Shown here: positions 1-9,339 of the stretch, one piece after another | How positions within the stretch are numbered: position 1 is the stretch's first letter | Layout of the letters: each line of letters opens with the position of its first letter | Source: Candidatus Parcubacteria bacterium | Lineage (GTDB): Bacteria > Patescibacteriota > Minisyncoccia > Phycocordibacterales > CAIJYI01 | Direction: 5' to 3' | Assembly: GCA_026395595.1 (NCBI GenBank) | Contig: JAPLYL010000008.1 | Location: forward strand, 56,417 to 120,416 | DNA: 64,000 bases | The notes under the pieces: model-generated | The model's input: the letters and a program-made list of their open reading frames with translations, nothing else | What the model was told of the DNA's origin: nothing | Databases searched by the model: none | Program-made: the position numbers and the translations under genes

Positions 1-99
1 TTTTTCATATGAAATAAATAGACTTAAAATATAATCTACATTTACAGTATATCATTGATTTCAAAAAAAAAGAAAAAGGTTGGGGATAAACAGGACAAC

Positions 100-123
100 A
101 AAAGACCCCTTTCGGGGCCTTTC
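100..123 (-). terminator. Rho-independent terminator downstream of pilin gene
   Basis: On the minus-strand transcript AGGCCCC-GAAA-GGGGUCU forms a 7-bp stem followed by a U-run. It lies immediately 3' of the pilin stop. Confidence 0.5.
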
Positions 124-135
124 GAGAAACTGTTT

Positions 136-567
136 TTATTGAATTCCTGCGGGGGTAGCTGTGTGAGCTCCTGAACCAAGAGCCCCGGTTTGTCCTTCAA
201 GGCTGAAGCCAATAGTATAAGTAGTTGCCGCAGCTGCAACATAGGTGTATGCGGCTCCTCCAGGTGAAGGATTGGTCGGCAGTGGGTTCATAAAAGTAGC
301 AAAGGTATCCGACCCACAGGAGGTAGTAGTAAGAAGTCCTCCGGCCGCCCCAATAGTAGTTGCAGTAGCAATAATAGGATAACCATTCGCAGAGTCATAA
401 CATAATTCAAGCGCAGTTTGTAACGCTTTAACATCGCTTATTCTTTTCGCATCGCGGCCTTTCGCGCGAGCGCTATTAAGACCTGCCATAACGACAGTGG
501 AGAGAATCGCGATAATCGCGATAACGACGAGGAGCTCAATTAAGGTAAAACCTTTATTCTTTTTCAT
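136..567 (-). CDS. Type IV pilin / pseudopilin with prepilin N-terminal cleavage-methylation motif
   Basis: N-terminus MKKNKGFTLIELLVVIAIIAIL is a class III signal peptide (G/FTLIE) followed by a hydrophobic helix. Size is about 140 aa. It sits at the end of the pil operon. Confidence 0.9.
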   Translation of the reverse strand: MKKNKGFTLIELLVVIAIIAILSTVVMAGLNSARAKGRDAKRISDVKALQTALELCYDSANGYPIIATATTIGAAGGLLTTTSCGSDTFATFMNPLPTNPSPGGAAYTYVAAAATTYTIGFSLEGQTGALGSGAHTATPAGIQ

Positions 568-904
568 ATGAAAAACTTATAAAAAATTAATAATACTGTT
601 AATAACGACTTTTTCAGGAGAGGTTTGGAAGCACCCCTCATTTACAGGATACCATGGAAAGCATAAGAATGTACAAGCCTGGGTGTGGATAAATGACAGT
701 GATAAAAGTTCTAACGAAGTGAAATAGCCACGAGACCTTGCAAAGAGGACTGCCCTCAAAAAATTCTAAGAATGTGAAATAGCCCCAAGGTCTCTCCTTT
801 CCCCGTCACTCCGCTTCGCTGCGTTCCTCCTTAAGGAAAGACCTTGCAAAGTGCGGTATGTCGTTCCTTTTTTCTTTTTTCTTGTTGCTTTTTCCTTTTC
901 TCTT
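568..904 (-). promoter_or_regulatory. Long non-coding leader/promoter region upstream of pilin gene with internal direct repeats
   Basis: gtgaaatagcc occurs twice and agaccttgcaaag occurs twice. There is a CT-rich hairpin ggtct...ctttcc/ggaaag...acc. The only ORFs here (60 and 62 aa) are low-complexity and unconvincing. Confidence 0.35.
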
Positions 905-2227
905 TTAAGAGATATTCGCGGTAATGTTGTAGATTGGAATAAGAATGGACGCAAGGAGAAAACCGACGGCGACGGCGAGAGAAACTATCATGACAGGCTC
1001 GATCAAACCGACTAAAGTGTCTACAGCTTGCTCTGCTTCTCTTTTGTAGAAGGTGGCAAGAGTTTTGAGAATAGTAGAGAGCTCTCCTGTCTCTTCTCCG
1101 ACTTTAATCATCTGTACCATGATACTGGGGATTTCTTCTCTGTCGGAAAGAGATTCAGAAAGAGAGCTTCCCGCTTTTACTTTCTCTCCCGCCTCAACCA
1201 TGATGGCCATATAGGTAGGATCTCCGACGACTTTTCCCGCAATTTCTATGGAACGAAGCATTGGAACACCATTGGAAAGCATCGTATCAAGATTATCGGA
1301 AATGCGAGAAAGATAAGTTTTTTTGTAAAGCGTGCCAAAAAACGGGATATTAAGCTTGACTGAAGACCAGCCGTTGGCAGCTCCGGGAATACCGACTTTC
1401 CAGAAAATGACACCGGCAATGATGACAAAAATTAAGAAAAAGAATCCGTAATGAACGACAAAATCGCTCAAATTCATAACGATCTGCGTATAGAGCGGAA
1501 CAGATTGCCCTGATTCTTTCAAAACGTCAGCAAGTTTCGGAATGACAAGTACGAGCATGAGAGTCAACACACCGAAAAACGTACAAACAACAAAAGCCGG
1601 ATAGACCAAGGCATTCTTTGTTTTGGTGATAAGAGCCGATTCTCTTTCCATATAGGAAGCAAGATAGGCAAATGCTTCCGAGAGCTTTCCCGACTCCTCT
1701 CCCGATTTAATCATATTGACGTAAAAATCAGAAAAAATATCGGGATGTTTTTCAAGAGCGACAGAGAGAGATTCTCCTCCTTGGATGTCATCGGAAATTT
1801 CCCCCAATTTCTTTTGGAGCAACGGATTTTCTGTTCCTTCCGCAAGAAGACGGAAGATACGAAGAACGGAGACATGCGAATTAAAGAGAATGGATATCTG
1901 ATTGGAAAGCATTACCAGCTCTTTCAGTTTGACATGTTCAAACATTCCGGAGAATTTCGCCATGACCCCCTCGCCCCCTTCGGGGATAATGGACTCAATG
2001 ACAAATCCGCGACGCTGAAGAGAACTGATGGCGACATCAACATTTATGGCATCAATGGAACCGGTTTCTTCGGTTCCCGTCGGATTAAGAACTTTATAAG
2101 TGAAGAGCATAAAATAAATTAATAGCTTAAACTTTACTGATTGAGAAATTTGAAAAAATCTGAATAAAAGAGCGGGATTTTTAAAAGAATTTCTAATTAC
2201 TAATTTCCAATTTCTAAAAAAATCCAA
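905..2227 (-). CDS. pilC: Type IV pilus assembly platform protein PilC (GspF family)
   Basis: Two GspF-type domains and a three-TM topology. The ORF begins with TTG. The likely true start is the internal Met at about 2110 (MLFTYKVLNPTGTEETGS...). Confidence 0.85.
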   Translation of the reverse strand: MDFFRNWKLVIRNSFKNPALLFRFFQISQSVKFKLLIYFMLFTYKVLNPTGTEETGSIDAINVDVAISSLQRRGFVIESIIPEGGEGVMAKFSGMFEHVKLKELVMLSNQISILFNSHVSVLRIFRLLAEGTENPLLQKKLGEISDDIQGGESLSVALEKHPDIFSDFYVNMIKSGEESGKLSEAFAYLASYMERESALITKTKNALVYPAFVVCTFFGVLTLMLVLVIPKLADVLKESGQSVPLYTQIVMNLSDFVVHYGFFFLIFVIIAGVIFWKVGIPGAANGWSSVKLNIPFFGTLYKKTYLSRISDNLDTMLSNGVPMLRSIEIAGKVVGDPTYMAIMVEAGEKVKAGSSLSESLSDREEIPSIMVQMIKVGEETGELSTILKTLATFYKREAEQAVDTLVGLIEPVMIVSLAVAVGFLLASILIPIYNITANIS

Positions 2228-2281
2228 ATATCAAAAAAACGAATCATTTGTTTAGAAATTAGGAATTAGATATTAGAAATT
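2188..2281. repeat. Intergenic imperfect inverted repeat built from GAAATT/AATTTC units (family member 1 of 3)
   Basis: aatttctaattactaatttccaatttctaa ... ttagaaattaggaattagatattagaaatt are near-reverse-complement arms flanking ccaaatatcaaaaaa. It lies between pilT and pilC. Confidence 0.6.
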
Positions 2282-2283
2282 TT

Positions 2284-3351
2284 TTATAGCAGTCTTTCCA
2301 AACTTTTTGAGTTCGTGGAATAGAGAATCGCATTTTCTTGAGTAATTTCTCCGTTGTGTACCAGCTCGGCAAGGCTTCGGTTGAAGTCTATCATGCCGAA
2401 TTCGGCGCCGGTTTCAATGACGCGCGGAATTTCATGAGATCTTTTTTCGCGGATAAGATTGGAAACGGCATTGGTATTGATAAGAAGTTCGTAGGCGGGA
2501 ATTTGTCCGCCGGAAATGCGCGGAATTAAACGCTGGGAAAAGACTCCGAGCAAGCTTTCTGCCAGCTGCGCGCTAATCTGATTTTGCTGTTCGGGAGGGA
2601 AGGTATCAATGATACGATCAATGGTTTGGGTCGCGTCATTCGTATGGAGCGTGGAAAAAACAAGGTGTCCGGTCTCTGCGGCTGTAACGGCAACCGACAT
2701 AGTTTCGTGATCACGCATTTCCCCGATCATGACAACGTCTACGTCTTGGCGGAACATGGAGTACAGCCCCGTATGGAAATCCATCGTGTCGGTGTGTATT
2801 TCACGTTGGTCTATTATAGATTTTACCGGTTTAAAAAGGTATTCAACCGGGTCTTCAATAGTAAGAATATGTTCCGTTCTTTCTTGATTGATAAGTTGAA
2901 TCAATGCAGCGAGGGTGGTTGATTTTCCTTGCCCAATAGGGCCGACAACGAGGAAAAATCCTTGTTTTTTTCGAGCAAAAGTTTCCAGTATGGGAGGGAG
3001 ATTCAATTCTTCAATGTTGCGGACATATTCAGGAATAAGACGAAGCGCAATAGAAAGTATTCCTCTCTGAAAAAAAGCATTTCCGCGAAAACGGGCTTTA
3101 CTCCCATAACTATAAGAAAAATCAACTTCGTATTCTTTAAAAAGTTTCGCCTTTCGGTCATCGGTAAGCATAAGAGAAGCGAATTCAAGCATTTCTTCTT
3201 GAGTCAACGGTTCTTTTTTTACCAAAGGAACCAACTCGCCTACGGCACGAATATACGGTACGCGCCCGGCAGAAAGATGGAGGTCTGATCCGTTTTCACG
3301 GATGACCGTTAAAATAAGCTCTTCAAGTTCTCTTTTTGCGTCTAATGCCAT
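2284..3351 (-). CDS. pilT: Twitching motility / pilus retraction ATPase PilT
   Basis: Walker A GPIGQGKST, GEMRD motif and HLVFSTLHT. Length is 355 aa. Confidence 0.85.
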   Translation of the reverse strand: MALDAKRELEELILTVIRENGSDLHLSAGRVPYIRAVGELVPLVKKEPLTQEEMLEFASLMLTDDRKAKLFKEYEVDFSYSYGSKARFRGNAFFQRGILSIALRLIPEYVRNIEELNLPPILETFARKKQGFFLVVGPIGQGKSTTLAALIQLINQERTEHILTIEDPVEYLFKPVKSIIDQREIHTDTMDFHTGLYSMFRQDVDVVMIGEMRDHETMSVAVTAAETGHLVFSTLHTNDATQTIDRIIDTFPPEQQNQISAQLAESLLGVFSQRLIPRISGGQIPAYELLINTNAVSNLIREKRSHEIPRVIETGAEFGMIDFNRSLAELVHNGEITQENAILYSTNSKSLERLL

Positions 3352-3360
3352 AATTTTTAT

Positions 3361-3759
3361 TTACAATTTCTTAGTTCCAAGCACTTCTAATACTTTTTTT
3401 ACTACCTCCGACGGTGTGGACATTGCTTTTATAATATATCCGTCAGCTCCAAGCGCCGCTCCTTTATCAAGGTCTTCTTTTTGCCCGAGATTTGAAAGGA
3501 CAATGATTCGCGCATTCGGCGCGAACTTTCTTTTTTTAACTTCCTCCAAAAATTCAAACCCGGTCATAACAGGCATAACAACGTCGGTGAGTATAGCGTC
3601 GGGAACGAATTCTTCTTCCAGTTTTGCCAAAGCATCCGATCCTCCAAAAACGGCGGTAACATCAAAGCCTTTTTCTTTGAATTTCGTAGCATACATATCA
3701 AGCAGAAATTTATCATCTTCCACTAGAAGTATTTTGTAGATTTTTTGATTTTCTTCCAT
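3361..3759 (-). CDS. Single-domain response regulator (CheY-like REC) embedded in pil operon
   Basis: ILLVEDD...D...LTDVVMP...K motifs of a receiver domain. Length is 132 aa. Confidence 0.85.
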   Translation of the reverse strand: MEENQKIYKILLVEDDKFLLDMYATKFKEKGFDVTAVFGGSDALAKLEEEFVPDAILTDVVMPVMTGFEFLEEVKKRKFAPNARIIVLSNLGQKEDLDKGAALGADGYIIKAMSTPSEVVKKVLEVLGTKKL

Positions 3760-3857
3760 ATTTTTATATATCAGTAATAGTAAATTAAAGGTTTCTTTAA
3801 TTATAACAAGAAATAAGTAAAAAAGAAAAATTCACCAACAGACCCGTCAACTTTTTA

Positions 3858-5582
3858 TTAGAGAGAGTTCACTTCCATATACTCAATATCTCCATTGAAG
3901 GCCTTGATAATTGCATCTTCTTTCAATGTAATCATTCCTTTCTTGCGAGCCGCTTTGTAAAGATCCATTTCGTTTGAGCTTTTCAGTATAACGCTCTGTA
4001 TATCTAAATCTATATTGAAGAGTTCAAATACGGCAATACGACCCTTTTTCCCTGACGGACAATCAGAGGTTGGTCCCGCTTCATAAACGTGATTCGGAAT
4101 AGCTATGGAATTTCTATACTCCTCGGGAAGATCAGAAAGTTCTTTTGTCACAAGAGCTTTCATTGCCTCGGTCATCGGGATTTCTTTTTTTCCTGCCGGA
4201 CATATTTTAGGAACCAGACGTTGCCCGATGGCAAGAATAAGCGTCGGTGCGATAAGATACGGGTCAACGCCCATGTCTACCAAACGAGTAATAACGCCTG
4301 TTGAGGTATTGGTATGCAAAGTAGAAAGAACCAAGTGTCCGGTAAGGGCCGCTTGGACTGCGAGCTGCGCCGTTTCTTTGTCGCGAATTTCTCCGACCAT
4401 GATAATGTCCGGGTCTTGGCGCAAAATAGAACGCAATCCGCTGGCAAAAGTGTAACCAATCTCCGGCTGAACTTGTGACTGACTTACTCCCGGCATACTG
4501 TACTCCACAGGATCTTCAAGACTGATGACATTATCGGAATCGCGGTCAAGTTCATTCAACATGGCATAAAGCGTCGTTGATTTTCCAGAACCGGTCGGAC
4601 CAGAAAGAAGAATCATTCCATAGGGTCGGAGGATAGCTTCTTTTACGATATCAAGATGCTCTTTTTTCATCCCTAATGAAGTTAAAGTGAGCATTCCCTT
4701 TTCTGAGTCAAGAATACGAAGCACTACCTTTTCTCCGTAATAAGAAGGGAAAGTGGAAACACGAAAGTCTATTTTTCGTCCGTCAATGCGAGCGGAAAAA
4801 CGTCCATCTTGAGGTTTGCGTTTTTCATCCAACTTTAAACTGGCAAGGATTTTTATGCGAGAAACAACAGCGGGATGAACAGCTGCGGGAAGAAGAAGAC
4901 TGGTGTAAAGCGTTCCGTCTACGCGGAAACGAACGCGAATCTTTTCCCCCATGTTTTCAATATGGATATCCGAAGCATTTCCCTCTGTCGCATGGCGAAG
5001 AATAACTGCGACCATTTTTGTAACGGGGGCATCTTCAACGATTGTTTCCTGTTCGCCTTTATCTTTTGAGGCGGTTTTTGCCAAAACGACAGCCTCTTTG
5101 CTTTTCTGCTCGGCATTAACACTTCCGAGCTCAGTGAGAGCCTCTCCGACCTCTCCGCTCAAACCACTATAACTGTTTAAAATTTCTTTAAAGCCCGTTT
5201 GAGAAATGAGAAAAAGTTTGAAGGGCATTCCAACCCTGGAAGAGATAAACTGAACGGCATCGGTAGACTCCATATTTTCAGGATCAACCATTCCCACTTC
5301 AAGCACTCCGTCAGTTACCCCAACCGGAACAAATCGGTAATGTTTTGCAGATTCTTCCGGTATATATTTCAAAATCTCCCCCGTCACATGAAAATCGGTC
5401 GATACTTTAATAGGAATGTTTAAATACTCCCCTTTAAGTCTGAGGAGTACGTCTTCGTCTATCCCATTTTTTATTAAAGATTCTTCCGCGCTTCCATTGC
5501 CATCAGCAACATACTGTTCCACAACAGCAATGCTTTCCTCTGTAATTATTCCCTTTTGAGAAAGAAAGTTTAAAAAATTCAT
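3858..5582 (-). CDS. pilB: Type IV pilus assembly ATPase PilB (GspE family)
   Basis: N-terminal GSPII_E_N-like region. Walker A LLSGPTGSGKSTT, Asp and His boxes. Length is 574 aa. Confidence 0.9.
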   Translation of the reverse strand: MNFLNFLSQKGIITEESIAVVEQYVADGNGSAEESLIKNGIDEDVLLRLKGEYLNIPIKVSTDFHVTGEILKYIPEESAKHYRFVPVGVTDGVLEVGMVDPENMESTDAVQFISSRVGMPFKLFLISQTGFKEILNSYSGLSGEVGEALTELGSVNAEQKSKEAVVLAKTASKDKGEQETIVEDAPVTKMVAVILRHATEGNASDIHIENMGEKIRVRFRVDGTLYTSLLLPAAVHPAVVSRIKILASLKLDEKRKPQDGRFSARIDGRKIDFRVSTFPSYYGEKVVLRILDSEKGMLTLTSLGMKKEHLDIVKEAILRPYGMILLSGPTGSGKSTTLYAMLNELDRDSDNVISLEDPVEYSMPGVSQSQVQPEIGYTFASGLRSILRQDPDIIMVGEIRDKETAQLAVQAALTGHLVLSTLHTNTSTGVITRLVDMGVDPYLIAPTLILAIGQRLVPKICPAGKKEIPMTEAMKALVTKELSDLPEEYRNSIAIPNHVYEAGPTSDCPSGKKGRIAVFELFNIDLDIQSVILKSSNEMDLYKAARKKGMITLKEDAIIKAFNGDIEYMEVNSL

Positions 5583-5676
5583 ATCATATATTGTCTGCTA
5601 TGTGTAGAAAAAAGAAGTACGCCAAACTCTGACCGCAAAAAAGTGTGAAAAACTTCTTTTTGTTAACCCCTTCCTC

Positions 5677-6096
5677 TTATATTTGAGGGGTAGATACCCC
5701 TGCTGGTGCCGGAGTGGTCGGTGGTGCAGAAACAGGAGCTTTCGTTTCCGTAGAAACCGTTCCGGCTACCCCCTCTGTTTCTGTTAAAACAGCATCTTTT
5801 CCGATAGGAGCAAAAGGATTGTTTCTTTCCCTGGGTTCTTCCGCGAGATCCACATGATAATCTTTTAAGCTTAAAAAGGTAGGATCAGAAAAAATCGTAT
5901 CATCAAGCTGAATGACATTGAGTTCTTGAAGGAGTGCGAGTATTTGATCTCCTGTTTCCGAAGGTGTGGAGGATGGTACCTCAACGGAAATAGGGCTTTC
6001 TTGAGCAAACGACCTGTTTCCAGAAATAAACAGAGCCCCAGTTACCGCGAAGGTAAAAAGACCGGTTATGAAAAATATTTTTTTAAGTTGTTTCAT
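5677..6096 (-). CDS. Hypothetical membrane-anchored protein in pil operon (PilP-like position)
   Basis: N-terminal TM/signal with a Pro/Thr-rich C-terminus. It sits between pilO and pilB. No recognisable motif. Confidence 0.45.
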   Translation of the reverse strand: MKQLKKIFFITGLFTFAVTGALFISGNRSFAQESPISVEVPSSTPSETGDQILALLQELNVIQLDDTIFSDPTFLSLKDYHVDLAEEPRERNNPFAPIGKDAVLTETEGVAGTVSTETKAPVSAPPTTPAPAGVSTPQI

Positions 6097-6140
6097 TTTT
6101 ATTATTTACTTGTTCTTTTGTCGCTCTTTATTCCCCTTGC

Positions 6141-6707
6141 TTATTGTTTAAGCCAATAAGTGTCAAAAGACGTTTTGTAATTGTAAATATCTCGATCTCC
6201 TGTCCCGGAAGTTGCTCCAGAAAGGGAAATTGAAGTGATATTTATCAAGCGAAGGCTTTGTTCGAGATCTTTCACAAAAGAAATATAATCTTCGTAGGTT
6301 CCGGTAACGGAAAAATCAAGCTTGCCAGTGCCGTAAACGGATGAATCAGAAATGACCGCTTCTCCTATTGTTTGAGCGGATGGTTTTTCTTCCAAGGCAA
6401 CTCTTGCATTACTAAGCGCCATATTGTATTTTCCTGCGACTTTATCAATTTCAATGACAAGGCGGATATTATCTATGCTATCGGGAAGAAAGGCACCTAA
6501 ACGCTGAAGATTTTCCGTGGATATGCCGTTGTATTTTGCCTCAAGAGCATCGCGAAGACCCTGCGCTTCCTGAGAATTATTCAGTGCTTCGTTATATCTT
6601 GCTTTTGTGGCGCTCAATACTTGAATATCCGCATAGGTCGGAATCGTGATGAGGTAGAAAATTCCTACGGCGGAAAGCATGAGTACTATGGCGATTAAAT
6701 TCTTCAT
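6141..6707 (-). CDS. pilO: PilO-like type IV pilus biogenesis protein
   Basis: Single N-terminal TM, then a coiled-coil and a C-terminal domain. Operon position follows pilN. Confidence 0.6.
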   Translation of the reverse strand: MKNLIAIVLMLSAVGIFYLITIPTYADIQVLSATKARYNEALNNSQEAQGLRDALEAKYNGISTENLQRLGAFLPDSIDNIRLVIEIDKVAGKYNMALSNARVALEEKPSAQTIGEAVISDSSVYGTGKLDFSVTGTYEDYISFVKDLEQSLRLINITSISLSGATSGTGDRDIYNYKTSFDTYWLKQ

Positions 6708-6727
6708 GAAAATTTATTTTTTAAAGA

Positions 6728-7333
6728 TTAGTTCCCGCTCTCTGGTGCGGTCAGAGAAGCTCTATATGAAATTAATGATGGGTCCATGGATCCGTTGAAA
6801 GAAAAAGTTACCGTTCCTGTGGAGGTAAGAGTCAAGTCAGAGAACAACGGATTTCTCCAATTTTTTTCTTGATTAAAAGAATCTGAAAGCAACGCGACAG
6901 AAGAATAGCTTGCTGCCTCTCCTTTCATTCTCACGCTTATATTACCGCTCGTCTCAGAAGAGAAATCAAAAGAAGTAAAACGAACCGTTTTCAAAGTAGA
7001 ACGTTGAAGGGTTTCAAACACGGGAACAACAACAGTATGAGCATCTAAAAGAGTGCGCGCTGTTTTGAGTCGCAAATCAACCCTTTTTACCGAATTGATC
7101 CATTTGGTATCAACCAACGCTTCCTTTGCCGCAATAAGATCTGCCTGTTGTCCGTCTACCTGTTTTTGAAGCAATGCCTTATACAAGAAAACACCGGCAG
7201 CGATAGCGAGCGCCATAAAGAAAATGATTATTCCAATGGACATCAGGGGGTTGATGAGAGCCCTGCTCCCCGAACCACCCTTGGTAACCAGTGTTTTTTT
7301 AGGAACAAATGATGTTCTCAGCCTTGTATCCAT
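6728..7333 (-). CDS. pilN: PilN-like type IV pilus biogenesis protein
   Basis: Short cytoplasmic N-terminus, one TM, then a coiled-coil (QADLIAAKEAL). Immediately downstream of pilM. Confidence 0.6.
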   Translation of the reverse strand: MDTRLRTSFVPKKTLVTKGGSGSRALINPLMSIGIIIFFMALAIAAGVFLYKALLQKQVDGQQADLIAAKEALVDTKWINSVKRVDLRLKTARTLLDAHTVVVPVFETLQRSTLKTVRFTSFDFSSETSGNISVRMKGEAASYSSVALLSDSFNQEKNWRNPLFSDLTLTSTGTVTFSFNGSMDPSLISYRASLTAPESGN

Positions 7334-7375
7334 GTTGCAATGTTAAAATTTAAAATACAAATTAGTTGATACGTT

Positions 7376-8509
7376 TTAGGGTAATTCCTGTAATCGTTTC
7401 AAAGCAAGACCAATAGAAACGGAAAATTCAGGACCGGCATCAGTGAGTACCGCTTGAAGAAACGCGGGAGTTTCAATTTTGGAAAATGAATCGCCGAAAA
7501 CCACTTCCGCTTCCATCCATTTTTTCGCGTGTTCAGGTAAACCTTTGAGAAGGACACCGCCGCCGGTCAGAACCACTCTGCTTACGGTTTTGTTATTTTT
7601 GTTTTGGTATCCTAATAATACTCTATTCGCTTCCGTAAAGATATAACTGACGGTGGATTCCATTATCTCAGAAGCCTTGCGCGCCTCTTCGTCTTTTCCG
7701 AGAAGGCCGATATCTCGTTTCATTTTTTCGGCTTTCGCAATACTGATGTTGAGGGCGCGAGAAAGCGCGATGGTTATTTCCTGAGAACCGCGACTGATAA
7801 TGTGCGCATTCTTAATAACGCCTTGTTCCACGAGGGCGAGTTTGGTAATACCCGCACCCATGTCTATGAACATCATCGGGGAAAGATCTCGTCCGATGGT
7901 CGCGCGAATGGAGCTGTATACTTCAATTTCAAATGTCGTTCCTTCTGTAAGTCCGATTTTTTTCACAACATCTTCATATTTGTTCAGAACTTGATTGTGT
8001 ATAGCGACGATCATCACCTGAATTTTGTCTTTTTTAGGATCACCGGTCATTAAGGCCTCTTCTTCTGCAGTCTTCGGAATAACAATCCAATCAAGAGCAA
8101 CTTCAGTAATGGGAACCGGGATATATTTTCTCGCTTCAACGGGAATCATCTGTGCGAGCTTTTCATCATCAACGACGGGAAGTTCTATCATCGTAAGCAA
8201 AGCGGAAGAGAGGGGGAGGGATACAGATCCGATTCTTGAGGTGACGTTTGCCTCGCGGAAAAGATCTTTGATGGCTTCAACGATTTTATCGGCGGGAAGG
8301 TTTGTTGCTCGTCCGACATCAAAACCGCCATAAGGGCCAAGGGCGAGTTCGCCATATGTTTCCAACACAGCGCGTCCTTGTTCTTTTCTTACCTGAACAA
8401 CCTTAATAACCGAAGATCCGATATCCAAGCCAATAACGCTCTCATTCTTTTTGAAGAGATTTTTAACGTAGGGAATTATTTGTTGAATATCAAAATTTTG
8501 AAGTGCCAT
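7376..8509 (-). CDS. pilM: PilM, actin-like ATPase of the type IV pilus inner-membrane complex
   Basis: N-terminal IGLDIGSSVIKVV phosphate-1 motif of the actin/HSP70 fold. Length is 377 aa. First gene of the operon. Confidence 0.85.
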   Translation of the reverse strand: MALQNFDIQQIIPYVKNLFKKNESVIGLDIGSSVIKVVQVRKEQGRAVLETYGELALGPYGGFDVGRATNLPADKIVEAIKDLFREANVTSRIGSVSLPLSSALLTMIELPVVDDEKLAQMIPVEARKYIPVPITEVALDWIVIPKTAEEEALMTGDPKKDKIQVMIVAIHNQVLNKYEDVVKKIGLTEGTTFEIEVYSSIRATIGRDLSPMMFIDMGAGITKLALVEQGVIKNAHIISRGSQEITIALSRALNISIAKAEKMKRDIGLLGKDEEARKASEIMESTVSYIFTEANRVLLGYQNKNNKTVSRVVLTGGGVLLKGLPEHAKKWMEAEVVFGDSFSKIETPAFLQAVLTDAGPEFSVSIGLALKRLQELP

Positions 8510-9296
8510 GCGTATAACAATTTATGGACAGAAACTGTATTTTTATTATACCATAAAAACAATTATGCATTATAGGGAAAAGTCTCATTTATCCACAACT
8601 TCCATTTCTTGGTTGCAAAATACAGCAAAGGTATTCTATGATTTTATTCTTGATCTTTTTTTTCCAAGAAATTGCATTCTCTGCAAGAAAGACGGGGTCT
8701 TTTTTTGCGCGTCATGCAGAGGTAAAATGCCGATTGATACCACTCCGATGATCAATCATACTTTTTCTCTCTGGAGATACGACCATGAAACCGTACGGAA
8801 AGCGCTCTGGGAATTAAAATACCGCGGAAAACGCGGTTTAGCCCGAGACCTCGCGGAATCGCTCTACGACAAAATTCTTGAAACCCTCTCCGAAGAGGAA
8901 CTTTTCCAAAACCCTGCGGGAAAAGAAGAATGCTCAGACAGGTATATGGTCGTCCCCGTTCCCATTCACAAGAAGAGGAGAAAAGAACGAGGATATAATC
9001 AATCCGAACTTCTTGCCAAAGAACTTTCTTTATTAAACCACTCCCTTTTTATTCTTGAAAATAAAGTACTTCTCAAAACAAAAGCAACGCCGAGTCAGGT
9101 TTCCGTCAAAGACCGAGAAAAACGCCTGAAAAATATCAAAGGTTCTTTCACGATAAAAAATCCGGAAAAAATAATCGAGAAAAAAGTGCTCATTGTAGAT
9201 GATATCACCACCACGGGAGCCACCCTTTCTGAAGCACGACGATTATTAATAAAGTCCGGAGCAAAAAAAGTCTGGTGCGTGACGGTAGCGCATTAA
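8508..9296 (+). CDS. comFC: ComF family protein (ComFC; phosphoribosyltransferase domain with N-terminal zinc finger)
   Basis: CILCKK...CASCRG is a four-Cys zinc finger. The C-terminal PRTase motif is VLIVDDITTTGATL. It is divergent from pilM. The true start may be the internal Met at about 8565. Confidence 0.8.
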   Translation: MRITIYGQKLYFYYTIKTIMHYREKSHLSTTSISWLQNTAKVFYDFILDLFFPRNCILCKKDGVFFCASCRGKMPIDTTPMINHTFSLWRYDHETVRKALWELKYRGKRGLARDLAESLYDKILETLSEEELFQNPAGKEECSDRYMVVPVPIHKKRRKERGYNQSELLAKELSLLNHSLFILENKVLLKTKATPSQVSVKDREKRLKNIKGSFTIKNPEKIIEKKVLIVDDITTTGATLSEARRLLIKSGAKKVWCVTVAH

Positions 9297-9304
9297 CCAA
9301 AAAA

Positions 9305-9326
9305 ATAACCCTTTCGGGTTATTTTT
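9305..9326. terminator. Bidirectional terminator hairpin between comFC and the surface-protein gene
   Basis: ataaccc-tttc-gggttat flanked by an A-run and a T-run. Confidence 0.5.
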
Positions 9327-9339
9327 GTAAGCGCTGAAT

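Noticed and set aside
568-904. Possible sigma54 (-24 GG / -12 GC) promoter for the pilin gene
   Set aside because: Candidate GGCAG...TTGCA matches have the wrong GG-to-GC spacing (11 instead of 10), so they were not called.
577-954. Two small ORFs (60 and 62 aa) in the pilin upstream region
   Set aside because: Low-complexity, basic-residue-rich translations. No RBS or start context. The region is better explained as a leader/promoter with repeats.
2188-2281. CRISPR array interpretation of the GAAATT repeat clusters
   Set aside because: The units are 7-8 bp, contiguous or inverted, with no unique spacers of 25-40 bp. No cas genes are present in the window.
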